From positions 1,446,135-1,510,134 of the forward strand of contig NC_069003.1 of the NCBI RefSeq assembly GCF_001194135.2: DNA of 64,000 bases. The letters run 5' to 3'. This document shows positions 26,202 to 37,831 of the stretch, one piece after another (position 1 is the stretch's first letter; every line of letters begins with the position of its first letter). The position numbers were made by a program, and so were the translations under genes. This DNA comes from Octopus bimaculoides. Lineage: Eukaryota. Below the pieces are notes generated by a model. The model had not been told where the DNA came from. It saw only the letters and a list, made by a program, of their open reading frames with translations, and did not search any database.

Positions 26202-26314
26202 AACAACAAACAAGATAAGGACATTTCTTCGTCAGATGTAAATAATGTATCTATATTGTTGCATTGAGTGAAGTGCGGGAGATAAACTACTGTCTAGCGT
26301 ATACACACACACAA

Positions 26315-26355
<41 letters not shown>

Positions 26356-26591
26356 NNNNNNNNNNNNNNNNNNNNNNNNNNNNNNNNNNNNNNNNNNNNN
26401 NNNNNNNNNNNNNNNNNNNNNNNNNNNNNNNNNNNNNNNNNNNNNNNNNNNNNNNNNNNNNNNNNNNNNNNNNNNNNNNNNNNNNNNNNNNNNNNNNNNN
26501 NNNNNNNNNNNNNNNNNNNNNNNNNNNNNNNNNNNNNNNNNNNNNNNNNNNNNNNNNNNNNNNNNNNNNNNNNNNNNNNNNNNNNNNNNNN

Positions 26592-26625
<34 letters not shown>

Positions 26626-26726
26626 TGTTGAGACCTGGAGTCAAGTTGTACAAATACAAAGCAAAATTCAAACATATAATAAGAAGAAGAGGAAGAAGAA
26701 GAAGAATATTAATAATAATTTATAAT

Positions 26727-26902
26727 CTTGTAAGCGATCACTCTGCAATAACTAAAGAAAATAGTCTAATAATGGGGCATACGAGCCCTCGACGGCTTCC
26801 TACGCGTCGGAGGGCGGTGAAACATACTTTTTTCCGTCGAGGGTTCGTATGCCCCATTATTGGACTATTTTCTTTAGTCATTGCACGGTGATCGCTTATA
26901 AG
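26727..26902. mobile_element. 176 bp foldback/MITE: 69 bp inverted arms, 38 nt spacer
   Basis: 26727-26795 versus the reverse complement of 26834-26902 match at 63/69 by manual alignment. The ends read cttgtaag and cttataag. Confidence 0.85.
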
Positions 26903-27539
26903 CTCCAACCTTATAACATACTATTATGATTATTTACAGAATTGCAAAAGTTGACGCAGTAAAACCATATATAGTCTACAATAATTAGCCTAATCTGTCA
27001 AAGTGTAGCAGAAATAAACTTAAATAACAATAAATAAATAAATAGATGATTAAATAATAACAAGAATAAAATAAACAACAATCGCCTAGAAAGAAATTAC
27101 TTTAAACTAAATAGAAAAACCAAATTATAAACATTTCAATTCTCAAGTGAGTTTAGTTGATACACGACCTTAAGTGTTTCGTACGGCAGTCAAAACATAA
27201 ACGGAGCTATTTCGATGTAATTTTATGAATACGTATTTCAAACCGTGCTGTTTCCGAAAATGGTAAAAGCAGTACTTATATATTACCCATGCACTGCTAC
27301 ACCTCACGCACAACACACAGAGAAATACAAACACCGACATACTTATATACAATAATATGAATGAAACGATATACACACGCGTTCATATATTCTCATTTAT
27401 ATACATATACTCATAAATAGTTTTCACAATTAAAAAAAAAATTCTATAAACAACAGAACGAACCGCAACAAGAATTTAGCTGCAAAACAATAACAAAGAA
27501 ATAATCCTGGACAACAATTATGATGATGGTGATGACAAT

Positions 27540-27850
27540 GATGCTGAAGAAGAGGAGGACGGAGAAAAATAGAAGACGAAGAAGTGGGAGGCGAAGGGGA
27601 TGAAGGCGAAGGGGATGAAGGCGAAGGGGAGAAGGGGATGAAGTGGATGTAGAAGAGGAAGAAGTGATACGAAGTGAGTGCAGAAGAGGTAGAAGTAGAA
27701 GACGAATTGCATGTAGAAGGGGATGAGGTGGGAGACGAAGAGGATGTAGAAGATGAAGTGGAGACAGACGAAGAGGATGTAGAAGATGAAGAGGGTAGAA
27801 CAGGAAGAAGTGGAAGGCGAAGAGGATGTACAAGAGGGGGTAGAAGATAA
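27540..27850. repeat. Purine-rich degenerate minisatellite (gaaggggatgaaggc / gaagaggatgtagaagatgaag units)
   Basis: Seen directly. It explains the 'LHPLRL' repeat ORF. Confidence 0.8.
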
Positions 27851-28792
27851 ATTTAATGTACATCAAGAAAAAAGATCAAAATCTCCAATGACGTTTATAG
27901 TGATTGCGAGGACGAAAATGATAATTGTAAAAATAAAGGCAAAAAAAAATAAAAATAAATAAAAGGACGGGAAAGAGCAATAATTTCTTTTCATGCGAAT
28001 TATAGTAGTACCAACACTACTGCTATTACTGCTACCGTTGATTCTTGCAGCTGACACTAATGACGATGATGATATCAATTTAAGAAGCATAATGAATATA
28101 CATATGCGATTGTATTCCATTAGTCGTTTTACAAAATGTGTGACCAGTACCACCACCGCTGCTATAACTTTTGCTACTACAGCTACCATCAAGCTTGACT
28201 TCACACTCTGCCTTCACAACAACCACAATTACTAAAACACCGCTACCACCACTCATCACTGCCACTACCGCTACTACAATCAACACCATCTCGAATACCA
28301 CTTACGCTACCACGATCATTGCATATTACAAGCCTGTCACTAGTACCACCAGAGACCGAACACGGATATCTAATCTGCTACAAGTCAACCAGGTTGTGTC
28401 GCCGCAATCTCTGCCTGTTCTACCACCAATGAAACCATCGACAGAAATAATGAAGACGTCAACAACAACAACATCTAAAAAATGTAGCAACTTTATTGAT
28501 TACGGAGAGAGAGAGAGAATTATTTAACCGTACGGAATCGAGTGACGACATCGATGTTGCAATAACAATAATTACAATTATGATGGCACCACCAGCAGCA
28601 GCAGCACTTACAAGATCATGGACAACTTCAACAACAACAACAACAACAACAACAGCGCCCGATTTCTAGAAAGATAAAAATTCGACAAGTCGAAACACAT
28701 AGGATATATACATATAAATGTGTATGTGTGTGTATGTAATTTATATATATATATATATATATATTTGTTACATAATATCNNNNNNNNNNCCT

Positions 28793-28839
<47 letters not shown>

Positions 28840-29789
28840 TCATATGAGTGGTACAACAAGGTACCGATATTTACTATATATATATAGGTGTGTGTGTGTT
28901 TGTTTGTGTGTACAAGCATTTCAAAAAATTGTCAATCAAGGCCCACAACAAAAAAGAAACAAATAAAAACCTAACAAAAAGTACAAACGGCAACAGAATC
29001 GAAAAGAAAAATCAAGAAATGCAACAGCAGCAGCAGCAGCAGAGAACTACGAGAACAATGTCATCGATTAAAACAATGACAAAAATAACGAAATCAATAA
29101 CAACAACATCGGAAACAAAAACAACAGCAACAAACACATGCGCAACAAGAATAACTGTGACGGCGGTAATAATGGCAAAAAGATGGGAAACAATGACACA
29201 TCAATATCGAATATCATTGAAGAGTTGACAGTGTGATATTCCTGGAAGGAATATACCATTCTTACAGAACATTCGTCAATCCATATTCAATGGAATCGAT
29301 TCCCGGTTCTGACGATGGAATTATCTGTGTTAAATGGGACGGAATACAATAATAACAGCCATGGTGGTGGCGGTGGTGTTTGCGATGTGGGGGTGGTGGT
29401 TTGGCGATGGTATGGTGGTGCTGGTGGGGCAGAGGTATGTTTTATGGCAATGATATTGGTGACTTTTGAAGTGATGATACGAGTAGGAATGTTAAGTGGG
29501 GTGATGNNNNNNNNNNNNNNNNNNNNNNNNNNNNNNNNNNNNNNNNNNNNNNNNNNNNNNNNNNNNGTGTTGGTCGTGGAGATGGTGTCGGTGCTGGTTT
29601 GTGTGATTGAATTGGTGGGTATATTGATGCTGGTGCTGTTGGCGGCGGCAAGATTACTAGCGACGGTTTTGCTATTGGTGGGGGGTTTGATGTTTTTTTA
29701 TTAGTCACCATGGACGCTGTGTCGGTGATGGAGATGTGTTGCAGTGTTGCTGGTGATGGTAGATGTAGTAGGGATTTTGGTGAAGAAGA

Positions 29790-30022
29790 ATATTTTTTTA
29801 TTGCCCACAGGGGCTAAACATAGAGAGGACAAACAAGGACAGACAAAAGGGATTAAGTCGATTACATCGACTCCAGTGTGTAAATGATACTCATTTAATC
29901 GACCCCGAAATGATGAAAGGCAAAATCGACCACGGCGAGAATTGAACTCGGAACGTAGCTGCAGACGAAATACCGCTAAGCATTTCGCCCGGCGTGGTAA
30001 CGCTTTTGCCAGCTCGGCGCCT
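29790..30022 (-). mobile_element. tRNA-derived CORE-type SINE
   Basis: The minus strand runs aggcgccgagctggcaaaagcgttacc... gagttcaattc (B-box-like) ...gcctttcatcatttcggggtcgattaaatgagta (CORE-like block). It shares atttaatcgaccccgaaa with 31343. Confidence 0.8.
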
Positions 30023-31334
30023 TGGTGAAGAGAAATTTTGAAGGATTTATGATGGCCCGAATAAATGGTTGAGGCTGGTGTTACTAGTTACTACTTAATT
30101 TCAACTGGAATCAGATCACTGGAATTTATAACCAAAGTCTTTACAGGCATGGCCCTGCAAAATTCTTCCTGTGAGCAGCGACCACATTTCCAACGTCTCT
30201 TCATTAAAAGACAGAATAGTGTGCCTCATGAGAAGAGATTTCTGCTTTTATCTTTAGTGGCGGTGGTGGTGGTCGTGATACTCATAGTCGCTTTCAGTGT
30301 GGTGATGTTGATAATCGAACGGTGGTGGCGACAGCAGTGTTGTTACTGACTTTACCATGGTGGAATAATGATGTTGTTGTCGTTGTTGTTGTTGTTGGTG
30401 GTTGAAATGATGTCGCTAGAGTTGACAATGATGGTGGATAATGATGGCGATGTTCAAAAAGGTGATGAGGAGGATGGAAGTTACGATGATCCTGATGGAG
30501 AAGATAAATAAATTGAAGCTGATGCTGAGCATGTGCACGATAATAAAATAATATTTATTACAATAATTCTATTTTTCCTCCAACTTCTTTTCCTTGACGT
30601 TATTCCCATCGATTTTTTATCTCTATATAACTCATAGTTGAAGAACTACGTTGATATTTTTTTCTTGAAGCAAGATTCAGGTAAATCATGGGAAACGTCG
30701 ATATAAATGTTCGAAATTAAGAACATTGATGGTTAAGGAATATTTTCAATCTCCACCAAAGCATTTATGGTTAATAAGCATGTTCGACGTTTCAAGGAAA
30801 AGTAGAATACAAGTGTTTAACTCGTATGTTCGTTGCGGTTGCAGAGAACGTTTAGCGTTCGTAAAATAGTTCAAAGTTGATCATTAATGTGTAACGTTCC
30901 ACCATTGTTACCCACACAAACACGAAGATCATTAATGGCAACTCTACCCCTCCCCGCCACCACCGACTACAATACTATCAGTATCAACCTTTCTACAGCC
31001 ATTCTCAAGGCCAAAATCACAACCACTACAACCAGTTTCATCTCTGCGCCACCCTCATCACCAACATCATCACTGCCACCACTAACGAAAATAAGTTCCT
31101 CACCATCATCACCAGCATCACCACAGCCATCACCATTATTACTATTACTACCACCGCCGCCTTTATCCTCAACGCTGCTGCCACAATCATCGCCACCACG
31201 TTACCTCCGTCAAGATCTCGTGAACCAACGCCGTAATCATCGCTCAGACACTCTCGTGACCACCACCAAATAATTATTTCTAATATAATCACAAGGCCTA
31301 GCGTTTTCTGGTGAGGGCGGGGAGGTACTTGATT

Positions 31335-31472
31335 GTTGTTTATTTAATCGACCCCGAAAGCGCAAAAAGTAAAGTTCACGACGATAAAATGTGAAATAAG
31401 AACGTAAAGACGGAAGAAATACTACTAACCTTTTTGTCCGGTATTCTAAGAGTTCTACAAATCCGCTACCTT
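31335..31472 (-). mobile_element. Diverged partial copy of the same CORE-type SINE
   Basis: atttaatcgaccccgaaa...gaacgta...ga.gaaatac is collinear with 29893-29975. Confidence 0.65.
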
Positions 31473-31649
31473 CATCACCACCAAATCATATTTACCGATA
31501 ATTGTTCTGCAATTTTTTAGAATGTTAACTTAGTCTCACATTATACCTGTTACGTCAATTTCCTTACAGGAATGGGTGAATGTCACTAGGGTTAATTATC
31601 TATGCGATATACATTTTAAAACTTCTGTTGTATTTTGAGCTAAAAATCC

Positions 31650-32400
31650 AATTCGGTCTCCTTGTTTAGCACATTTCTGCATAGTGCTGTAGTCATTATG
31701 TTACTTATTGTCAGTAACAATTAGCCTATTGTTAATTATTAGAACGTGAATAATATATTCAGCATATTCTTGTAACCTTGTTTCTAAATTGAAGTTCTAT
31801 AGTATTTTCATTTTTTCATTTTCTAAGATGGGAAATGTTCGTCTGAAATTTGGTGATTCGGTGTATGCAAAACGGATTTGCTACATTAATGCATCTCCAA
31901 GCATATATTTTTTAGAGTACACATTAGCCCTCACTAAATAATTGGTCTATTGTCTCCCAAGTGATCTATATGCGTGGCATTGTTTATCTACAATCTAGAA
32001 GTCGGAAATATGCCTCGCACTCCATCAATTGGCAATGACCAGTTACTGAATAATGAAAGGTTGTTGGTGCTGCAGGCTTTGTGTTTCAAAGCCACAGGTA
32101 TTTTATTTTTGATTTGTATCTGGATCGTCCATTTCACTAATGTACGGGCTTTGCGAAGGCGTGCCTTTATGAATATTCAATATGGATGTTCAACTGTTAT
32201 TAATATCGTCATTTGTGATGCTGCTATTAATTTTTTTTCCTTTAGGCTTGGGCAGGTTGGATCGTAAACCAATATCGAAAGAAAATTATTCTGTTTTGTT
32301 TTGCTACGGATATAATCGACTTGGTATGATCATAAAAAGCGACATTTTACAGATTTGATTTTGCGTTTGAATGGTAGAGGGTAATCCTAATTAATGTTTA
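31650..32400 (-). mobile_element. Possible ancient RTE-like LINE remnant (end of AP endonuclease and linker)
   Basis: The minus strand gives FKRK...L*SY-QVDYI (32309-32340; cf. FQKR.GKLWTY..QIDYI, with TGG->TGA), then EHPY*IFIKARLRK (cf. SDHR....KIRLSLR) and QEYAEYI (cf. KEQTEYI). It is heavily decayed and was compared by eye. Confidence 0.42.
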
Positions 32401-33467
32401 TATTGCTCATCCAGGTTCGGCTGACGCCTTTACTCAGACGTTTACGAATGTCTAATCATGTGGTCTCTATAATATTCTGTTTCTACTGTGCTAATATTTT
32501 TTAAAAATTTGGTTCCTCGTTTTGCAGTTACGAGTATTTTCTTTTACCTGAATCTATTTCAGTATCAAAAGTCATCGTACTCAATAGCTGGCATTGCGAC
32601 ATATTCATTTGCAAAATTTTATTCTTACTACTGAGATGATTTTAACAAATCTAGTGATTATGAAAATATTTGTCTCTCTTCATTTTAATCCGGTTGCTTT
32701 GTATTGAGTTATACTGTCATCTATACGTAAGTGTTTGTGGATTGCACCTCCCCATTCGTGAGCATGCGTGCATGACAGAGATAACATGTTGTTATTGAGA
32801 GAGAGAAAGAGGGAGACAGAGAGAGACCGTTTTCATCATAGTAATTAACGACCCCTTAATTATATAACAAATAACTATCAAAAGAAGGTACATGTTTAGC
32901 AAATATTTTTACCAGATCAAGACCTAGTCTGTTATTAAATATATCGGCTACACTTTTTGACGCTTTTATCGGCTCATATTTCTCGAGTTACTTTGTGTTA
33001 CACTGTTATAATTGTCAACTGTTCAAACCCTGCCGATATCAGTTGTAAGATTTCACGATTTTGAATCCAGCACATCTTGCAATCTGTTGTTACACCGAAG
33101 TCACTGATATTCGACGACACAAGCACATGTAGCAGTGAATATGGTCATATGTATGTATGTATACATGTGTGTACGTATATATGTATTCATCAGCATACAC
33201 ATATGTCTATCAGTGCAAATATGAGTGCAATTTCGTGTGAATTGTTCATACCATACATGGTAAAAAAAAACCAAAAAAAACTGACCTTCTGGAAAGTGAA
33301 ATCAACCAGTTAAGCACACTCACAACATTGATAATAAAGAAAGGAAACGATAAAAATATGAGATATTTTGCTGAAGTTAAACAGGAGACGTTTTCACCTT
33401 GTTTAGGCACCAGTTCCACTCTTCCAAGTCAGTTCGTTGAAAATAAAATGAAACATACACACACATG

Positions 33468-33516
<49 letters not shown>

Positions 33517-33550
33517 NNNNNNNNNNNNNNNNNNNNNNNNNNNNNNNNNN

Positions 33551-33621
<71 letters not shown>

Positions 33622-34179
33622 ACACACACGCGCGTGTATGTGTACACACAAACACACGTACGTATATATTATATTTTTGTATGTATTTATGTTTGTGTAA
33701 ATGTATGTATAAAAACGCTACAAGTTTAATGGACGCCAGCACAATTATTGCTAGACTCAATGACGGAGTGACAAGTTAAATATACAGAGACAGCAAATCA
33801 TATAGCAAGCATTAAATTAGGCATTTCGTCTTAAAACGCTAAGGATAAATAATATTAAAAAAGGGCATCATGCACTTACATATATTTATACTAAACGTCA
33901 AATATGTGAGTGCATACGCACGTTTGTGTATTCGCTTGTATGTATATGGCTTCCAATGCTGTTATTTGTATGTTTGTCTAGAAGCGAGGAGACAGCGTGT
34001 TGATGGGGGAGATGTCGAGTATGCTGAAGAATTATGTGTGTATACATTCTCCCTAATAGGAAGATAGATTCAAGTGAATCTCTTCTTAATTTTCTTATTC
34101 ATTCGGTTATTGAAACGAAATGTGTGCATCTGTGTGCGCAGATAATTTTGTTAAGGAGCACGCAAGCATATTCACACAC

Positions 34180-34218
<39 letters not shown>

Positions 34219-34483
34219 NNNNNNNNNNNNNNNNNNNNNNNNNNNNNNNNNNNNNNNNNNNNNNNNNNNNNNNNNNNNNNNNNNNNNNNNNNNNNNNNNN
34301 NNNNNNNNNNNNNNNNNNNNNNNNNNNNNNNNNNNNNNNNNNNNNNNNNNNNNNNNNNNNNNNNNNNNNNNNNNNNNNNNNNNNNNNNNNNNNNNNNNNN
34401 NNNNNNNNNNNNNNNNNNNNNNNNNNNNNNNNNNNNNNNNNNNNNNNNNNNNNNNNNNNNNNNNNNNNNNNNNNNNNNNNNNN

Positions 34484-34713
34484 AATATAAAGATATCTAC
34501 ATAAATATATATATCCATAAAATATAAAGATATCTACATAAATATATATATCCATAAAATATAAAGATATCTACATAAATATATATATCTATAAAATATA
34601 AAGATATCAACATAAATATATATATCTATAAAATATAAAGATATCAACATAAATATATATATCCATAAAATATAAACATATCAACATAAATAAATATATA
34701 TCCATAAAATATA

Positions 34714-34715
<2 letters not shown>
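34484..34715. repeat. 37 bp AT-rich minisatellite, about 6 copies, abutting an N gap
   Basis: The unit aatataaagatatctacataaatatatatatccataa occurs at 34484, 34521 and 34558 and then in progressively varied copies. Confidence 0.92.
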
Positions 34716-34784
<69 letters not shown>

Positions 34785-35558
34785 ATACAAACGCACACAG
34801 GCACACAAAGTTAGTCTCATTCATACATACACACGAGTCCCTTTTCATACAAATATACACTCGTAAATTCATATGTATTTATGTATACGGATATATGTTC
34901 ATAAATACATATGTACAAATCTAAATATATTTATGTATACACGCATATATATATATATATGTGTGCGTGTGTGTTGTTTGCGTGTGTTATGCGTGTGTAT
35001 GTGTGCATGACAGGTTATGTTATGTGTATTGCCTCTAATGAATTTTATATTATAAGGTAGACAGATTAAATTCTCGGCATCTATGCTACTTAATGTCTGC
35101 AATAAATAGAGAGATTTAACGCGGGGACAGCTCCAAGAAAATAATGTGTGCAAGCACATTATATATACTTACTTATATACATACATACATAAATATATAC
35201 ACGTGCACACACACACTTTAACAAATACAGAAGCCATTCAGTTTGTATATATTAATAACTGTCATATAGATTGAAACTAAACACTATCAATTCTATATGT
35301 CCAAAGACGTTTTTCGAAAATTGGCAGATCCAATTATATCCAGCTAATATAGCCATATGATCATTTGCTTGCAATATAAGCGCTGTATTTATCACGTAAA
35401 TGATAAAGACGTCACACACTGCCGTGTGGGCGCGCTAAAGAAGCCTGCACGGGTGCACTCCCTTGCCCACACATTGACTGTTAATATCGGAAGAATTGTA
35501 CAAGCAAGACAACTAGGTGCAATCACACACAGCCAGACTTCTTCATGTGTGGTTTTTA

Positions 35559-35627
<69 letters not shown>

Positions 35628-35929
35628 TGTTTGTGTGTGCGTAACTGTGTACGTGTGTGTGTGTGTGTGTGTGTGTGTGCATGCCTGTCTGTGTATTATT
35701 TTATTTTATATATAAATCTAAAAATAACAATCCATATATTTATACTAGTATAGATATATACATGCATACATATATATACACATATATATACATATACTTG
35801 TTTGTATTTGTATATAACTCGAACTGGACTCTGGCGATCACGAATGACCATGGGTGCACCTAAGAAGTTCACCTCCAGTGTACAAGTCGGACGGAAACTC
35901 GCCTCACCGGCGCGACGCACAACGTAGAA

Positions 35930-36105
35930 TTGTTTTTATGGAAGACCTGCAGTCGCCCATGCATACAAGCTTCCCCTCTCCACGCCGACGATGTTATCCG
36001 AAGGAAAGGCAAAGGGGCCGATGCAGCTTAGCACCAGCGACATCGAATCTCATTTCTACAGGTGAGTGAACTGGAGCAACGTGGTGTCGTGTTATTGCAT
36101 GAAGG
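35930..36105 (-). mobile_element. Fragment of another SINE-like interspersed repeat
   Basis: GC-richer island (agacctgcagtcgcccatgcat...gagtgaactggagcaacgtg) resembling the body of an octopus SINE as I recall it. There is no second copy in the window and no head. Confidence 0.45.
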
Positions 36106-36617
36106 ACAATAAGAGAAAAAAATTTCAATAAAATACAATGCGTGATGGTTTCGATCTCTCAACGTTTGATTTTAAATCAGATCTTGGCACGTACATCCGA
36201 AAACTTACCTCTCTTTTTGATACTGTTCAACGAAGCATAGGCATCTCTACTCTACCCCAAATTGTGATATCGTATCTCCATATTGATGTACAATAAAATA
36301 CACAATGAGGAAACTCTAATGAAGAGTATTCCATTGAATTCTACTTCACCGTGTTTTTTTTACAAATTTTAATTTTTATTCAGATAAATACTTAAAGATT
36401 TTCATTATGGCATTACCAGATATTATATCAATACTGCTTTCATTATTTCGTATTGGATACATTTTATTTCATGCTTTAACGCTTCATCAGTTTTTTTAAA
36501 AAAATATTATCGCTTCTGTTATCTTATTCCTGTCGCATCATATTCATTCCCCGCATGGATGATAGAATCTAGTCTTTCATCACTCTTTCTCCCTCCAATA
36601 AATAAATAAATATATAT

Positions 36618-36775
36618 ATAAAGTGAAGTATATTTGCCACTTAAATGTGGCTGACCCCTAAGAGTGGATGTTACTGTTGCTTTTAGCCCCAGGAGAACAT
36701 CTGGGGCTAAAAGCAACAGTAACGTCCACCCTTAGGTGTCAACCCCATTTAAGTGGCAAATATACTTCACTTTAT
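36618..36775. repeat. 158 bp near-perfect palindrome: 75 bp arms, 8 nt loop
   Basis: 36618-36692 versus the reverse complement of 36701-36775 match at 70/75. The loop is gagaacat. Confidence 0.95.
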
Positions 36776-37390
36776 CGTGCAGTTACTGTTAATACCTCGT
36801 TCAGTGATTTAACATTAAATATATATATATATATATATATATATANNNNNNNNNNNNNNNNNNNNNNNNNNNNNNNNNNNNNNNNNNNNNNNNNNNNNNN
36901 NNNNNNNNNNNNNNNNNNNNNNNNNNNNNNNNNNNNNNNNNNNNNNNNNNNNNNNNNNNNNNNNNNNNNNNNNNNNNNNNNNNNNNNNNNNNNNNNNNNN
37001 NNNNNNNNNNNNNNNNNNNNNNNNNNNNNNNNNNNNNNNNNNNNNNNNNNNNNNNNNNNNNNNNNNNNNNNNNNNNNNNNNNNNNNNNNNNNNNNNNNNN
37101 NNNNNNNNNNNNNNNNNNNNNNNNNNNNNNNNNNNNNNNNNNNNNNNNNNNNNNNNNNNNNNNNNNNNNNNNNNNNNNNNNNNNNNNNNNNNNNNNNNNN
37201 NNNNNNNNNNNNNNNNNNNNNNNNNNNNNNNNNNNNNNNNNNNNNNNNNNNNNNNNNNNNNNNNNNNNNNNNNNNNNNNNNNNNNNNNNNNNNNNNNNNN
37301 NNNNNNNNNNNNNNNNNNNNNNNNNNNNNNNNNNNNNNNNNNNNNNNNNNNNNNNNNNNNNNNATATATATATATATATACACATATATA

Positions 37391-37551
37391 CGACGGGCTT
37401 CTTTCAGTTTCCGTCTACCAAATCCACTCACAAGGCTTTGGTCGGCCCGAGGCTATAGTAGAAGACACTTGCCCAAAGTGCCACGCAGTGGGACTGAACC
37501 CGCAACCATGTGGTTGGTAATCAAGCTACTTACCACACAGCCACTCCCGCG
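37391..37551 (-). mobile_element. 5' half of a tRNA-derived SINE (family B), well preserved
   Basis: The minus strand reads gcgggagtggctgtgtggtaagtagc...gggttcagtcccactgcgtggcactttgggcaagtgtcttctactatagcc, with an A-box TGGCTGTGTGG and a B-box GGTTCAGTCC. It is homologous to 10390-10530. Confidence 0.88.
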
Positions 37552-37831
37552 CGTATGTTTTTTTTTATCTCGCCTACAGCCCTAATATATTATGGTATCA
37601 TCTTTGCTCTGCGGATGAAATTTTTACCACAACTAAATCATCTATTTTCTCTCTTTTCTGAAGTCATTACGCTGATTTGCCAAAGAATATTCCCTCCAAT
37701 ATTAGACAACATTCAGGTTTTATTAAACACGTGACCACTAATTATTTCGCTGTCTTCATTTTTGTCGTCAAATACATAGTTAAAGTTTTACCAACGTAGC
37801 CTAAACGGACTAATCTTAGTTACCAGATTTC

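Noticed and set aside
36450-36495. Minus-strand CUGAUGA...GAAA as a further hammerhead
   Set aside because: Stem I cannot form and stems II and III need bulges. Similar partial hits near 15335, 15400, 21250 and 30788 also lack the full topology.
325-37585. Dozens of ORFs with YIYIYI/THTHTH/VCVCVC tracts and long X runs
   Set aside because: They are translations of (TA)n/(CA)n microsatellites and N gaps, which contain no stop codons.
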